From: a virus
Strand: one strand, 5' to 3'
IMG/VR virus record: IMGVR_UViG_3300035698_015907
DNA: 64,000 bases
The position numbers and the translations under genes were made by a program. Of the stretch, positions 8,736 to 19,232 are shown piece by piece (position 1 is the first letter of the stretch; each line of letters begins with the position of its first letter). The notes beneath the pieces were generated by a model. The model did no database searches. It was given only the letters and a program-made list of their open reading frames with translations, and was not told the origin of the DNA.

Positions 8736-9500
8736 TCATCTAAAGAATTGCCACCAAGATTTCTTCGGCTTCTTTAGTTCGGTTTTTACTAGAACTGATT
8801 TCTGCAATGGTGACTTTGATCTTTCTTTATTAATTTCTATAAGAGCTTTTGCAGTTGAAGGAAATTCAGTAGCAATTAAATCCCAACAAGCATTAGCTAT
8901 TTCTCTATGTTCTTTCTGTGTACCATGTTCAACTGAACCTCTTAAATCACAGTAGTGTATCCAAGAACGTAAACTTCCAGACATATACATTCTAGAGTTA
9001 GTTAGACCTTCAGGAAGAACTGCTCTAGCTACTTCTTTAGCAATACCAAGTTCTAAAGCTTCAGAATAAGTAGCTTTTGTTAATTCAATAACTTTTTTCT
9101 GCATATTAGACCATTTGATATGCAGATTTTCGTCTGAAATTTCTATAGAATTTTGTCTATTCTTAGTGTCTTGTAATCTAGCTTCTCTTGTTTCAAATCC
9201 TAAATCTTTAGTAGGATCTGCATATCTCTGAGAGAATTCTTGAAAAGAGAAACTACGATGGCGTAGAACTTGTCTAGCAACATCTCTAGTAGTCTCTATT
9301 TCAATTACTATATGAACCATCTCAAGAGGTGACCAGTGCGAATTTTTAATCAGATATTTGATTAACTTCGGAGCAGTCTCGTTGTTCAACTGATTAGCTG
9401 GATTAGACACTCTAGCAACATAAGCTAGCATTTCTTCAGCATCTTCAAGGCCATTTATACGTGGCTGAGAAACTGATACTAGATTTACTTTAGAATTCAT
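8736..9500 (-). CDS. thyX: Flavin-dependent thymidylate synthase
   Basis: RQVLRHRSFSFQEFSQRY, ARVS, HWSPLE, TQKEHR; likely start MNSKV at 9500. Confidence 0.95.
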   Translation of the reverse strand: MNSKVNLVSVSQPRINGLEDAEEMLAYVARVSNPANQLNNETAPKLIKYLIKNSHWSPLEMVHIVIEIETTRDVARQVLRHRSFSFQEFSQRYADPTKDLGFETREARLQDTKNRQNSIEISDENLHIKWSNMQKKVIELTKATYSEALELGIAKEVARAVLPEGLTNSRMYMSGSLRSWIHYCDLRGSVEHGTQKEHREIANACWDLIATEFPSTAKALIEINKERSKSPLQKSVLVKTELKKPKKSWWQFFR

Positions 9501-9714
9501 GTTTATAGGGCCTCTTTTCAATATCATCAGCAAACAAATCTTCATAATTTGTTAACTCGCTTAGAGCTAATTCAAGCTCATCAGTTGTGTTTTCTAAAGA
9601 AGTTTGTTCAGTTAGCATCTTTATATGAAGTCTATTTACTTCTTCTAAAAGTTTATTATGATCAGACCTAGAATAATCTAAAATTTGTCTTATTTCATTA
9701 TCTTCACCTAACAT
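9490..9714 (-). CDS. Hypothetical protein
   Basis: AGGAG RBS, 74 aa. Confidence 0.6.
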   Translation of the reverse strand: MLGEDNEIRQILDYSRSDHNKLLEEVNRLHIKMLTEQTSLENTTDELELALSELTNYEDLFADDIEKRPYKHEF

Positions 9715-9723
9715 GCGTTTCTC

Positions 9724-9930
9724 CTACTCAGACTTTTTGCTAGTCTTTCCAGTAGATTGATTAATATCATCTCTGGACACAGGCTTCATTCCTTTACTAC
9801 TAAAGGGAGAACCTGCATCATTTTTAACTTGCTGTCCTATAAAATCAGCATAATGATCATAAGCAGTTTTTGGAGCTGCTGGCTTTGTGTCATTTACTTC
9901 AACATCTTTATCATCTTCATCTTCTTTCAT
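9724..9930 (-). CDS. Hypothetical protein
   Basis: AGGAG RBS, 68 aa. Confidence 0.6.
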   Translation of the reverse strand: MKEDEDDKDVEVNDTKPAAPKTAYDHYADFIGQQVKNDAGSPFSSKGMKPVSRDDINQSTGKTSKKSE

Positions 9931-9941
9931 TTTATTCTCCT

Positions 9942-11306
9942 TTAAGTGAAGTCATCAAACTTCCTTACATATTTATCAGAACGTTCATCAGATGGACCAC
10001 CCATCAAATCTTGCTGTGCACTTGCTTCTGTGTCATATAATTTCATTTTAGATTTATCCACACCTATGATAAATCTCTTTAGCTTATTCATATCATCATA
10101 TCTATTTTTAAGCTGTTTAACAATGATCTGACCTGCAGATTCAAGCTCTTCATCAGTTATGAGTGCAATCATAAAATCAACAGTCATAGGCAAACCAAAA
10201 GATTCAGAAGTATCATTTAGATCAATATCTGAATTTTCAAATCCGCCTCTATTAGTTTGCGTCGCAGATATAATAGGAAGACTAAATTCAACTGCTAAGC
10301 CTCGAAGTTCTTCAGCAATAGATTTAACATAAGTATATGAATTAACATTTGCACCCATTTTAATCCTCGATGATGATGCTAGGTTAAGATAATCTACATA
10401 GATTATTTCTGGAACAAAATTCTTTTTAAGCTTTAATTCATCTAACAGAGCTCTAAATGTTGCAGCTGACGCAGCGGTCGGAGGATATTCTACCACAATA
10501 AGCTTACCTGGTGTTTTGTCCCACTTATCTTTAACCATCTTTAGATACTGTTGTTTTGGTATCATTTCAAGCTGGTCAAAAGTCACATCTAAAAGATTAA
10601 CGTCTATTCTTTCAGAAATTCTTTCTGCTGCCATTTCAAGTGTAATGTATAATACATTCTTACCATGAATAAGATTTGCAGAAGCCATATGACACATCAC
10701 CATGGATTTACCAACACCAGTTGATGCCATGATGATGTTAAGAGTTTTTACTGATACTCCACCTTTAGTTATATTATTCAAATAATGAAGATCAAATGGT
10801 ACTTTGCTTTCTTTGCGATGTAAGAAATCATAGCGTTCTGGTGCATCTTCAAAGTAGTCATGACCAATTTGTGTATTGAACGATACTGCAACAGCATCAG
10901 CTAGTAGCTTAGGTATAGAACCTCTTGATAAGTGTCCTTCTCCTTTTTCATCTACAATTCTAACTGATTCAATAAGTGCATTATAAATTGCTCTATCTTT
11001 ACAAAATTCTTCTGATGTATCCATAAGCCAATCTAATGAAGCGTCTGGATCTGGTTTCATTGTAGAAACATATTCAGAAACATCATAAAAAGCACTCTCA
11101 TTTAAATTGTCTATACCAGCAACTTCTAGCTTTAAAGCTTCAACTGATGGTTGAGAGTTATATTTCATGATATGATCATGAATAGTTTCAAAAATACTTT
11201 TATGAACTCTATCAGTAAAATATTCTGGCTTCAGAAAAGCAATTACGCGACGTGCATAATCTTCATTGAATAATAAATTTGATAGTACTGTATCTTCTAC
11301 AGCCAA
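9942..11306 (-). CDS. gp41: DnaB-like replicative helicase
   Basis: ASTGVGKS Walker A, YITLEMA, VDYLNL, ATQTNR, SESFGLP, QLKNRY. Confidence 0.95.
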   Translation of the reverse strand: MAVEDTVLSNLLFNEDYARRVIAFLKPEYFTDRVHKSIFETIHDHIMKYNSQPSVEALKLEVAGIDNLNESAFYDVSEYVSTMKPDPDASLDWLMDTSEEFCKDRAIYNALIESVRIVDEKGEGHLSRGSIPKLLADAVAVSFNTQIGHDYFEDAPERYDFLHRKESKVPFDLHYLNNITKGGVSVKTLNIIMASTGVGKSMVMCHMASANLIHGKNVLYITLEMAAERISERIDVNLLDVTFDQLEMIPKQQYLKMVKDKWDKTPGKLIVVEYPPTAASAATFRALLDELKLKKNFVPEIIYVDYLNLASSSRIKMGANVNSYTYVKSIAEELRGLAVEFSLPIISATQTNRGGFENSDIDLNDTSESFGLPMTVDFMIALITDEELESAGQIIVKQLKNRYDDMNKLKRFIIGVDKSKMKLYDTEASAQQDLMGGPSDERSDKYVRKFDDFT

Positions 11307-11308
11307 AA

Positions 11309-12415
11309 TTAATCTTCCTCATAAGCTTCTATATAATCTGGAGATGTAGATCTATCTAACTCGCCAACAGATAACATCTTGACTTTACCAATAGAATAAG
11401 TTTTTTCTATGTGTGTTTTAAATTCTGGACGACGTTCTAAGAAATCAAGCCAGAATTCTTCATTATTTTCAATGGACTTCTTCTTTAAATTCTTTTCACT
11501 TATTTGTTCACCAGTAACTTCGTTTGTTTCAGTACACCAGCCCGGACTTCCATTTCTTAAAAATCCAGAATCTAATGCAATTTCCATAAGACCTGACCAC
11601 TTTGCAATACCACCACTGAATGTTACAGTAATAGGTATCTTAGATTTTTCTCTAACAAATCTAGATTTTTCGATGTTGATAATAAAATGATAACCATTGA
11701 TACCATCTTTATCTTTTTCTTGGCGACGTCCCAAAATCCAAACGTTATCAGCAGACAGTGTAATGCCTTGACCACCTGAAACTATAGCTTTCGGAAACAA
11801 ATCCATCGTGTTGTATGTGTGATTCACAACAACCATCGGAATGTCTTTAAGAGTTAGATGTGGGGTGATCATTCTAGTCAAAGATTTGATCTGCTTAGCT
11901 CTAGTCATATCAGCAGCTGAGCTTCCCTTCTGAGCATCTTCAACTTCTTTCTTAGAAGCTAGATTACCAAGAGAATCAACTATGATAATTATCTTATCAC
12001 CACGCTCGATATTATCGAGCTGAGCCATAATATCAAACTTTAGCTTTTCAATATCTGTGATTGGTGTGTGCCACACATTATCATGTGGAATATTGAATGA
12101 ATCAAAATATGTTTTTGGTGTACCAAATTCTGAATCATAAAAAAGCAAAACAGCTTCTGGATATTTCTCTATATAGCTACTTGCCATTAAGAGAGAAAAT
12201 GCTGTTTTGAAATGCTTAGATGGTCCTGCTAAAACAAGAAGACCTGGTGCTATACCACCATCAATACGACCAGAAAGTGCCACATTAATCATGGGCACTG
12301 GCGTAGTTATCATATCTTTTTCGTTGAAAAACTTCGACTCAGTAAGTACTTCAGCTTCTTTAACAGTCGAATTCTTTTTAATTCTCTCCATGAGAGAAGA
12401 TTTAATCTTAGCCAA
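11309..12415 (-). CDS. uvsX: RecA-like recombinase
   Basis: AGPSKHFKT, YDSEFG, DSLGNLASKKE, DMTRAK. Confidence 0.95.
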   Translation of the reverse strand: MAKIKSSLMERIKKNSTVKEAEVLTESKFFNEKDMITTPVPMINVALSGRIDGGIAPGLLVLAGPSKHFKTAFSLLMASSYIEKYPEAVLLFYDSEFGTPKTYFDSFNIPHDNVWHTPITDIEKLKFDIMAQLDNIERGDKIIIIVDSLGNLASKKEVEDAQKGSSAADMTRAKQIKSLTRMITPHLTLKDIPMVVVNHTYNTMDLFPKAIVSGGQGITLSADNVWILGRRQEKDKDGINGYHFIINIEKSRFVREKSKIPITVTFSGGIAKWSGLMEIALDSGFLRNGSPGWCTETNEVTGEQISEKNLKKKSIENNEEFWLDFLERRPEFKTHIEKTYSIGKVKMLSVGELDRSTSPDYIEAYEED

Positions 12416-12446
12416 TCCTTTCTGAATCCTTTATTAACAATATAAG

Positions 12447-12475
12447 ATTATACTATAGTTTTCGATTAAAGTCAA
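12447..12475 (-). promoter_or_regulatory. sigma70-like promoter upstream of uvsX
   Basis: TTGACT-17-TATAAT. Confidence 0.8.
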
Positions 12476-12477
12476 TC

Positions 12478-12717
12478 TTATTTTGGTTTGACATTTTCAC
12501 TATTACAAATACTTTCTACTTGATCTTTAAGTTTTCCAATAACCTCATCTCTATTTGGCCAATGAATATCTCTCTTAGGATCAATCATTAAATTCTCAAG
12601 AAGAGGAATTACTAGTTCTTTTACTTTGCGCAATCTACCTTGTAGTTCTGTTACTTGATCTGATGTTGTTGCATCTACTGTTGTAAAACCGAAATCATTT
12701 CCAAAATTTACGTCCAT
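12478..12717 (-). CDS. Small hypothetical protein (DFGFT...IHWPNR)
   Basis: RBS and ORF between gp43 and uvsX. Confidence 0.75.
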   Translation of the reverse strand: MDVNFGNDFGFTTVDATTSDQVTELQGRLRKVKELVIPLLENLMIDPKRDIHWPNRDEVIGKLKDQVESICNSENVKPK

Positions 12718-12726
12718 TTATTTCTC

Positions 12727-15243
12727 CTATGCGAATAATTCATCTAGTGTTCTTGATACGGTCATATCCCATCCAACAAGTTTTGATATATCATTTACTG
12801 GAGTGAAAAATACTTTCTCATATTGTTTCTGATAATCTAAGAACTGGTGTAAACCAAATTCTTTCGGTAGAATATTGTATGCTGAAATTACATTATCACC
12901 GGTCGGATTTGGAATCAAAAGATAACAATACTTAACTTTGTCTCCAGCATTAATGATTTGAAATGTCTTTTCTACATTCTTTGAAAATAAAAGTTTATTA
13001 TAAATCAAAGATCCTTTAACATGTATTGGAGTTCTTATACGATATATTGTTTCTGAATCTGACCACTTTCTAAGACCATTTGCACTAGCTGTTCTAGCTA
13101 TTTCTTCAAATGAAGATGATTTAAATTTCTTTTCAAAGTCACCAATCTTTTTTGCTAATTCAGTTCTTTCACCTTCTATGATTATAGAAATACATTCTTT
13201 AATAGAATCTCTACAAATTTGAGGAGTCGAAGATTGTATTGCTGATAAGCCCTTAATTTTCAGCTTAGGCTTTTCATAGAAAACACCTTCATCCCACCAA
13301 ACATTTAATGCATACTTCTTTTTAGCTTTCCATATGCCAGCAGTAGATATATTTTCTACCTTCATGCTCATTTTATTTTCATAAGCGCCAGTCAGTTTAA
13401 CCATTTCATCATATGATTTATTGATGAATGGATTGACCTTATCATTAGAAAATTTAACTAGCATGTTTACGATCTTTTCTGGATCGCTATCATTAAAGAA
13501 TTTCTTAACTAATGGATTGAAATTGATATAGCATGAATCAGTATCATTAGCTATGATATAATCCATGTCCTTTCCAACCATTTCTGATAACCATTTGTTT
13601 AGATCATTAGAAATCCATTTAATTGCGAGCTGACCAGAATATGTAATAGCTTCAGCCATGTCAGTATCAAAGAACATAAACCACACGTTTGACATAGCAC
13701 CATATGCTGAGTTTAGACAAATTTTCTTTGCCATTTGCATATTGTTATAACGAGTAATTTGCTTTTCAATATTTTTTCTTTTAGATTTGTCCTTTTCTTT
13801 TTCAAGCATATCTTTAGATTGAATCATCTTCTTTTTAAAGACTTTTCTATCATTATACATGCTATCCATTAATTCAGGAAGAAATCCTCGAACATTATTT
13901 CTAAAGAATGCACCATTAGGAGTATATCCAAGACCTGCATTTATACCATCAACAACCTCATTACAGTCTTTTAATTTGCCATTGATAATATCATCAACAG
14001 TAAGCATTTGACGCAACATTGGATTGCATCTATCTATTGTCTCGGGAGAAATATTATATTGCATAATAAGATGTGGATACAGAGAATCCAAATCTTCTCC
14101 TACTACCCAGTTATATTTTCCTGGTCTGGGCTCTTTAACAAAAGCACCCATGATTGAATCAAATTTCTTATTTTTCTTTTGAATACCAGGTACTACTATA
14201 CCCTTCTCAAACAGATAATTAGAAATTATAACTTCCCATAGAAGCACTGAAGTAAAAGCATCAGAATAATTAACTTTGGCTGAATATGCTAAAGTTATGA
14301 TTTGCTCTATTAGACCAGTTTTTTCATTGATCATATGAACTAGGTCTGAGTCTCTTAGATTATATTCTAGAAACTTTTGTGGATTTTTACTATACAAATC
14401 ATGAAGTGATTCATACTCAGAATAATCAATCTTCTCTTCACCTAATTCAACATGAGCTATATGATTTAACGAAAAGCTCTCTTGATTTTTAAAAGTGAAT
14501 TTGATATAAGCTTGCATCAGATCGATGGTTGTTATACCAAGAAGTTTAAAACCTTGTTGATCACTGAATTTACCTTTTGACACATATTCATGAATAACAC
14601 CCCACGGAGAAAGTCTCTTAGCTGCATCAGCACCTATAATTTTTCTAATTCTATTAACCATATATGGAATATCATAAAATTCGACATTCCATCCAGATAT
14701 AATGTCTGGTGAAAAGTTTTCTATTATTTTGATTAATTTATTTAGAAGATCTAATTCATTATTGCATTTAATGAATTCAACGCCGTCTGGCGGATCGAAA
14801 TTCGCACAGGACATAACAACACGTGCTTTGCCGCATCTGAATGAAACTGCTGTTATTTCACGTTCTGCAGATTCTGCGTCAGGGAAGCCTTCAGATGAAT
14901 CAACTTCCAAATCCATATAGAGAATACGCACAATATCAATATCGTATTCCATATCAGGAAATTCATCACGTATGAAATTATAATTATAGCGATGATAGCC
15001 AAATACATTAGCATTATCAATGCCTTCGTATTTCTTTAAGAATTCTTTTGCTTGGAATATATTAGAAAAATCTATGCGTTTTGTATTTCTTCCATCTAAA
15101 GTTTTTGCATCTTTGATTGTTTCAGATGTTACAAAATGATATGGCTGATAAGAAACTCGATCTTTAAATTGAACTCCATCACGATAACCTCTTGTTAAAA
15201 TGTGGTTACCATACTGAATGGCACTAGTATAGAATTCGGACAT
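12727..15243 (-). CDS. gp43: Family B DNA polymerase
   Basis: DLEV exonuclease motif, GWNVEFYD, DLDSLYP, KICLNSAYG, NDTDS, C-terminal clamp-binding LDELF. Confidence 0.97.
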   Translation of the reverse strand: MSEFYTSAIQYGNHILTRGYRDGVQFKDRVSYQPYHFVTSETIKDAKTLDGRNTKRIDFSNIFQAKEFLKKYEGIDNANVFGYHRYNYNFIRDEFPDMEYDIDIVRILYMDLEVDSSEGFPDAESAEREITAVSFRCGKARVVMSCANFDPPDGVEFIKCNNELDLLNKLIKIIENFSPDIISGWNVEFYDIPYMVNRIRKIIGADAAKRLSPWGVIHEYVSKGKFSDQQGFKLLGITTIDLMQAYIKFTFKNQESFSLNHIAHVELGEEKIDYSEYESLHDLYSKNPQKFLEYNLRDSDLVHMINEKTGLIEQIITLAYSAKVNYSDAFTSVLLWEVIISNYLFEKGIVVPGIQKKNKKFDSIMGAFVKEPRPGKYNWVVGEDLDSLYPHLIMQYNISPETIDRCNPMLRQMLTVDDIINGKLKDCNEVVDGINAGLGYTPNGAFFRNNVRGFLPELMDSMYNDRKVFKKKMIQSKDMLEKEKDKSKRKNIEKQITRYNNMQMAKKICLNSAYGAMSNVWFMFFDTDMAEAITYSGQLAIKWISNDLNKWLSEMVGKDMDYIIANDTDSCYINFNPLVKKFFNDSDPEKIVNMLVKFSNDKVNPFINKSYDEMVKLTGAYENKMSMKVENISTAGIWKAKKKYALNVWWDEGVFYEKPKLKIKGLSAIQSSTPQICRDSIKECISIIIEGERTELAKKIGDFEKKFKSSSFEEIARTASANGLRKWSDSETIYRIRTPIHVKGSLIYNKLLFSKNVEKTFQIINAGDKVKYCYLLIPNPTGDNVISAYNILPKEFGLHQFLDYQKQYEKVFFTPVNDISKLVGWDMTVSRTLDELFA

Positions 15244-15274
15244 AGTCCTCCTACAAACAAAATATTATTATGAA

Positions 15275-15303
15275 ATTATACAAGGAATTTGACAAAATGT
15301 CAA
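15275..15303 (-). promoter_or_regulatory. sigma70-like promoter upstream of gp43
   Basis: TTGACA-17-TATAAT; the -35 is one arm of the inverted repeat ttgaca-ttt-tgtcaa. Confidence 0.85.
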
Positions 15304-15307
15304 GGAA

Positions 15308-15892
15308 TTAAGACTTTTTAATAAAATCTACGAGAGCTGCATCTTCAATTTTTATAGCAGAAGTACTGTAAGGAAGATACACCCAGTGCTTAACTGCGCC
15401 AGTTATAGTTCCACCTAAGTACCTAAGTCCATCAAAGCCTAGCTGCCTTAAATGCGTTCTTGCTTTGGCGGTAGAAGTCATACCACCAGATAATCCTTTG
15501 AAAATTTCTTTTCCAAGCATAGAAGTTTTTCCAGATTTTAAATCTACCATAACTTTTAATCTATCAGATCCATATTTAAGTAAACCAGATCCTCTAGCAA
15601 AACCTTCAACATCTGCAGGAAGAAGAGCTACAACGCGGGCCCCATCAAAACTTGTTTCAGTATCGAACATGTTTTTGATGTTGACTGTGCAAGTATATAA
15701 TACAGGAGCTCCTGTACCTTTAGACATAGATTTAGCATATTGAATACCGATAGGATGACTATCAGTGAAATATCCAACTCCGCCCCCGAAGAAATCATCT
15801 TTTATTCTAGCTTTAGATTGTTCAAAAGCAGTGAATACTTGATTTGATCCATGATATACCGTGCCCATAAATGGTATACCTAGCCTACTCAT
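15308..15892 (-). CDS. Putative ADP-ribosyltransferase (ART-PolyVal-like)
   Basis: VYHGS..F..F...FFGGGVGYFTDS...QYA...GFDG pattern. Confidence 0.6.
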   Translation of the reverse strand: MSRLGIPFMGTVYHGSNQVFTAFEQSKARIKDDFFGGGVGYFTDSHPIGIQYAKSMSKGTGAPVLYTCTVNIKNMFDTETSFDGARVVALLPADVEGFARGSGLLKYGSDRLKVMVDLKSGKTSMLGKEIFKGLSGGMTSTAKARTHLRQLGFDGLRYLGGTITGAVKHWVYLPYSTSAIKIEDAALVDFIKKS

Positions 15893-16299
15893 TTCTTAGC
15901 GCCTCCTATTGTATATTTTGCAACCAGCTCCCAATCTTCTTTTTTTGATTTTGGAATTGTAGTTATAGCAGATTCTGGTGCCATATTACTAATATCTTTA
16001 TCTGAAATAATAGTAAGAACTTCAGTTTCTTCTAACATTTTAGCTATACGATTTCTTCTCGCATAATCTACTTTATTAATGTTAGTTGTTTCTTTCTTAC
16101 CATCTAGAACAAATAATTCTTTAAAATGCAGTATCGAATAACGACCCTTTTTGTGCAATATATGACATGATTGGAATAGCTTATTTTCTTTTGCTGATTC
16201 TATTCCCATTCGAGTTAAAGTTTCCATGATTTTTATAAAATCATTTCTTTCCGCAAACTCTATCTCAATACCTACTCCTTCAAATACGTCTTCATCCAT
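15889..16299 (-). CDS. regA: Translational repressor RegA
   Basis: FIKIMETLTRMGI, LFQSCHILHKKGRY, HFKELF, RRNRIA. Confidence 0.95.
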   Translation of the reverse strand: MDEDVFEGVGIEIEFAERNDFIKIMETLTRMGIESAKENKLFQSCHILHKKGRYSILHFKELFVLDGKKETTNINKVDYARRNRIAKMLEETEVLTIISDKDISNMAPESAITTIPKSKKEDWELVAKYTIGGAKK

Positions 16300-16754
16300 T
16301 TATTTTTAATCGTACCACCAGTAATCATACTCTTTTTTATTTCTTCGACTCCATCATCACCTATGATAGAATACATTTCATGTGCACGAGTAGAATTAAC
16401 CTGATACTTCTCCTGTATTAGGGCTATATGTTCAGCCTCTTGTTTCTTTACCCACGACCTCGGCCTTTTCATAGCTCTAACCGTATTCAGAAGGTACTCG
16501 TACTGGAGTAGATTATCCAAATGTGATCTTCTATTAAGCTCATTAGCATATAGAATAGTATCAACATGGAACGACAATGCTTTATTCGTCATAAAAGCAT
16601 TATAGCCTTTTTCCATCAAGCCATCATTATTTGAACCTCTCATGAGATTCACTTTAGATCGTAATACACTATCGATATAATCAAAAATTCCAACCTTCTT
16701 TTCAGTCGGAACTTCTTTTACAATCTTCTTAACAGCTTTCTTTCCCTTAACCAT
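16272..16754 (-). CDS. gp62: Clamp loader small subunit
   Basis: YNAFMTNKALS, YANELN, LQYEYL; synteny 44-62-regA. Confidence 0.9.
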   Translation of the reverse strand: MVKGKKAVKKIVKEVPTEKKVGIFDYIDSVLRSKVNLMRGSNNDGLMEKGYNAFMTNKALSFHVDTILYANELNRRSHLDNLLQYEYLLNTVRAMKRPRSWVKKQEAEHIALIQEKYQVNSTRAHEMYSIIGDDGVEEIKKSMITGGTIKNKWMKTYLKE

Positions 16755-16756
16755 AT

Positions 16757-16975
16757 TTATCCGTCCTTGGGAATGATAGAATTAATAGAATCCATTTCGT
16801 CTAGCTTGTCTCCGCAATCATAACAAATGTATCCAAAAACACTTTTTTCTGGTGTGCCATTATCTTCATTTATTATTTCATATGCTAATTCATCAGTTTC
16901 TGATTCTAGAACTTTTTTTCTACATAAAGTGCACTTTACTTTTTTAGGTTTTTTCCCTGCCCAATTGAAACTCAT
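16757..16975 (-). CDS. Small zinc-ribbon protein
   Basis: CTLC and CYDC. Confidence 0.7.
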   Translation of the reverse strand: MSFNWAGKKPKKVKCTLCRKKVLESETDELAYEIINEDNGTPEKSVFGYICYDCGDKLDEMDSINSIIPKDG

Positions 16976-17907
16976 TTCCAGTTAGACTCTACCATTATTT
17001 CTGTTAAACATGCAACTAGATTTATTTCCTGATCTACAACAAATCCAATTTTATACTGATAATCAGCTAATATAAGAATGATTTGTGGCACAGAAGAACT
17101 CTGCAAATACTCAGCAGAAATATCATAAACTTTTCTTATGATAATATTAGGATCAATATCAGAATTATCAGCAACCCATTTTCTCATTTCTGAGAATTTT
17201 TTAGCTTTCAAATAACCAAGTAGAGATTTGAAACTTTCATCAGAAAGATTAGATAGAATACCAACATCAATTTTACCAGAAGCTGCGTACTTCTGACATT
17301 CGTTAATAACTCTTCTCCAATCTGGAAAATGCTTAGTTATTAATTCTGCAACTGCTCTTTTATCGTTCTCAATTCCTTCTTTATCAAGAATTGTGATAAG
17401 CCGTTTCATAAATTCGCCAGCCATTTTAGCTCGGTCAAATTTATCAATCTTAAATTCAATTACTGAACACCTAGATTGTAGAGGTTCAATAATTCTATTC
17501 TTGAGATTACAAGTTAATATGAAACCACAATTTCTAGAATATTCTTCCATGAAATTTCTAAGTGCAGGCTGGGTTGATTGTGCATTTAGATAATCGGCTT
17601 CATCCAGAATTACATATTTACGACCGCCTTTAAATGACATCGAAGAAGCAAAATCTTTTATGTCATTTCTAAGTGTATCAATATTTCCATTCATTGATCC
17701 GTTGATCGTGATATAATCGCACTCAAGCTCATCCAACATAGCTTTTGCTATAGTCGTTTTTCCGACACCGGGTCCACCAGTTAATAGTAGATTTGGTACC
17801 TTCTTATCATCAACAAATTTTTGGAATGTGGCTTTGAGATTATCAGGTAATATAGTATCAATTACCTTATGCGGACGGTATTTTTCAGTCCAAAGAAATT
17901 CTTCCAT
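16972..17907 (-). CDS. gp44: Clamp loader large subunit
   Basis: WTEKYRP, GPGVGKTT, ILDEAD, LQSRC. Confidence 0.95.
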   Translation of the reverse strand: MEEFLWTEKYRPHKVIDTILPDNLKATFQKFVDDKKVPNLLLTGGPGVGKTTIAKAMLDELECDYITINGSMNGNIDTLRNDIKDFASSMSFKGGRKYVILDEADYLNAQSTQPALRNFMEEYSRNCGFILTCNLKNRIIEPLQSRCSVIEFKIDKFDRAKMAGEFMKRLITILDKEGIENDKRAVAELITKHFPDWRRVINECQKYAASGKIDVGILSNLSDESFKSLLGYLKAKKFSEMRKWVADNSDIDPNIIIRKVYDISAEYLQSSSVPQIILILADYQYKIGFVVDQEINLVACLTEIMVESNWK

Positions 17908-17909
17908 TT

Positions 17910-18095
17910 TCACTTTCTCATACAATATTGTTTATATAAATCAACAATCATCTTAAACTCACCAACTGATATTCTTTTTATAGTAGATAAGTAAAAACCG
18001 TATTTATTTGTACGATCAATAAAAAATCTATTTCCTACTATGTGATAAGTTAGATTATTATCTCTAAGAATTTGTTTCGCTTCTGATAGAGTCAC
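17910..18095 (-). CDS. Hypothetical protein
   Basis: 61 aa, coupled in a gene string. Confidence 0.55.
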   Translation of the reverse strand: MTLSEAKQILRDNNLTYHIVGNRFFIDRTNKYGFYLSTIKRISVGEFKMIVDLYKQYCMRK

Positions 18096-18289
18096 GAATA
18101 AGTTTCATCAAATCTCTTATTAAGAATTTCTTTTGCTACTGTAAGTTTAGATTTATCAATACTTTTTTCGATAACAACATAATCTTCAGGTAATAAACTA
18201 ACCTTCATGGTTGGCTTTAGACTACTAAAAGCAAAACTTTCTTTAGCATCTAAATCTATTTCATATCCTAGAATGTGTTGTAATTTCAT
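18092..18289 (-). CDS. Hypothetical protein
   Basis: 65 aa, coupled in a gene string. Confidence 0.55.
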   Translation of the reverse strand: MKLQHILGYEIDLDAKESFAFSSLKPTMKVSLLPEDYVVIEKSIDKSKLTVAKEILNKRFDETYS

Positions 18290-18571
18290 TTATTCCACAA
18301 CACCGATCAGCTGTGCGAGAGCTAGTAGTAAAAGCTGTTCGCCGTCTACTTCAATCTGATCACCATCATGAGGTCTAAACTTAACCTTTTCACCGGGCTT
18401 AAGATCAAAACTCATTTTTGTTCCATTTGTAAAATAGTATTGACCAACAGAAACAACGATTCCAGTAGACGGCTTCTTTACTAGCGTATCAGGCAATTCG
18501 ATGTTTTTTATCTTATTTGTTGGAATATCTGGACGTACTAGTACGTGTGCATTCAATAGTCGTAGTGTCAT
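18290..18571 (-). CDS. groES: GroES-like co-chaperonin (functional analogue of T4 gp31)
   Basis: LRLLNAHVLVR...IELPD...GIVVSVG...LKPGEKV...VDGEQLLLL....LIGVVE. Confidence 0.85.
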   Translation of the reverse strand: MTLRLLNAHVLVRPDIPTNKIKNIELPDTLVKKPSTGIVVSVGQYYFTNGTKMSFDLKPGEKVKFRPHDGDQIEVDGEQLLLLALAQLIGVVE

Positions 18572-18572
18572 A

Positions 18573-19232
18573 TTAATTTCCTAGATTAGAGTCGGCATCT
18601 GCTGCAATCCAATATAGAACATCACTGCCTATAAATTCAGCAAAGCCATTATTAGATATATTGATCTTATAATTTCCTGGGAGCAACTTTAGATAATCAG
18701 CCTTGAATATGGCATTGAATGTTTTATCTGTTACACCAACCGGAATATTAAACTGATCTGAAGAGGGGTTCTTGTTGTTGATGGCTCTTATATTGATATT
18801 ACCATCTTCACCTACTATTGATACTTCAGGAACTTGCAATAAACTAATAGCTTTAGTTATTGAAGCCAGATCTTTTTCTGAAATTTCTATTGTATAATCA
18901 ATATTAGGAGCTGTTAAATCAGTATCAGGAGGAGCTACTATCATAGACTCATCAGCATAAGCATATCTAATGAAATTTCTACCTTCTGATATTTTTAGAT
19001 GATCATCAAAAAACTCAAAATCCGGATCTTCAAATAGAGATATTGCACCAAGAAATCTAGAAAGTTCGTATATAGAAAACTTAGTTGGAAAGCTTTCTTC
19101 TACTACTGCTTTAGCATATACTGATCTTTTGCCTGAAATAGTCTTTATAGTATTTCCAGGTCTTACTAACAAAGATTTATTAATCGTTGAAAAATTCTTT
19201 AGAACATCTATAGTACTTTTGCTTATTTTCAT
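18573..19232 (-). CDS. gp45: Sliding clamp
   Basis: MKISKSTIDVLKNFSTINKS, FSIYELSRFL, YWIA. Confidence 0.95.
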   Translation of the reverse strand: MKISKSTIDVLKNFSTINKSLLVRPGNTIKTISGKRSVYAKAVVEESFPTKFSIYELSRFLGAISLFEDPDFEFFDDHLKISEGRNFIRYAYADESMIVAPPDTDLTAPNIDYTIEISEKDLASITKAISLLQVPEVSIVGEDGNINIRAINNKNPSSDQFNIPVGVTDKTFNAIFKADYLKLLPGNYKINISNNGFAEFIGSDVLYWIAADADSNLGN

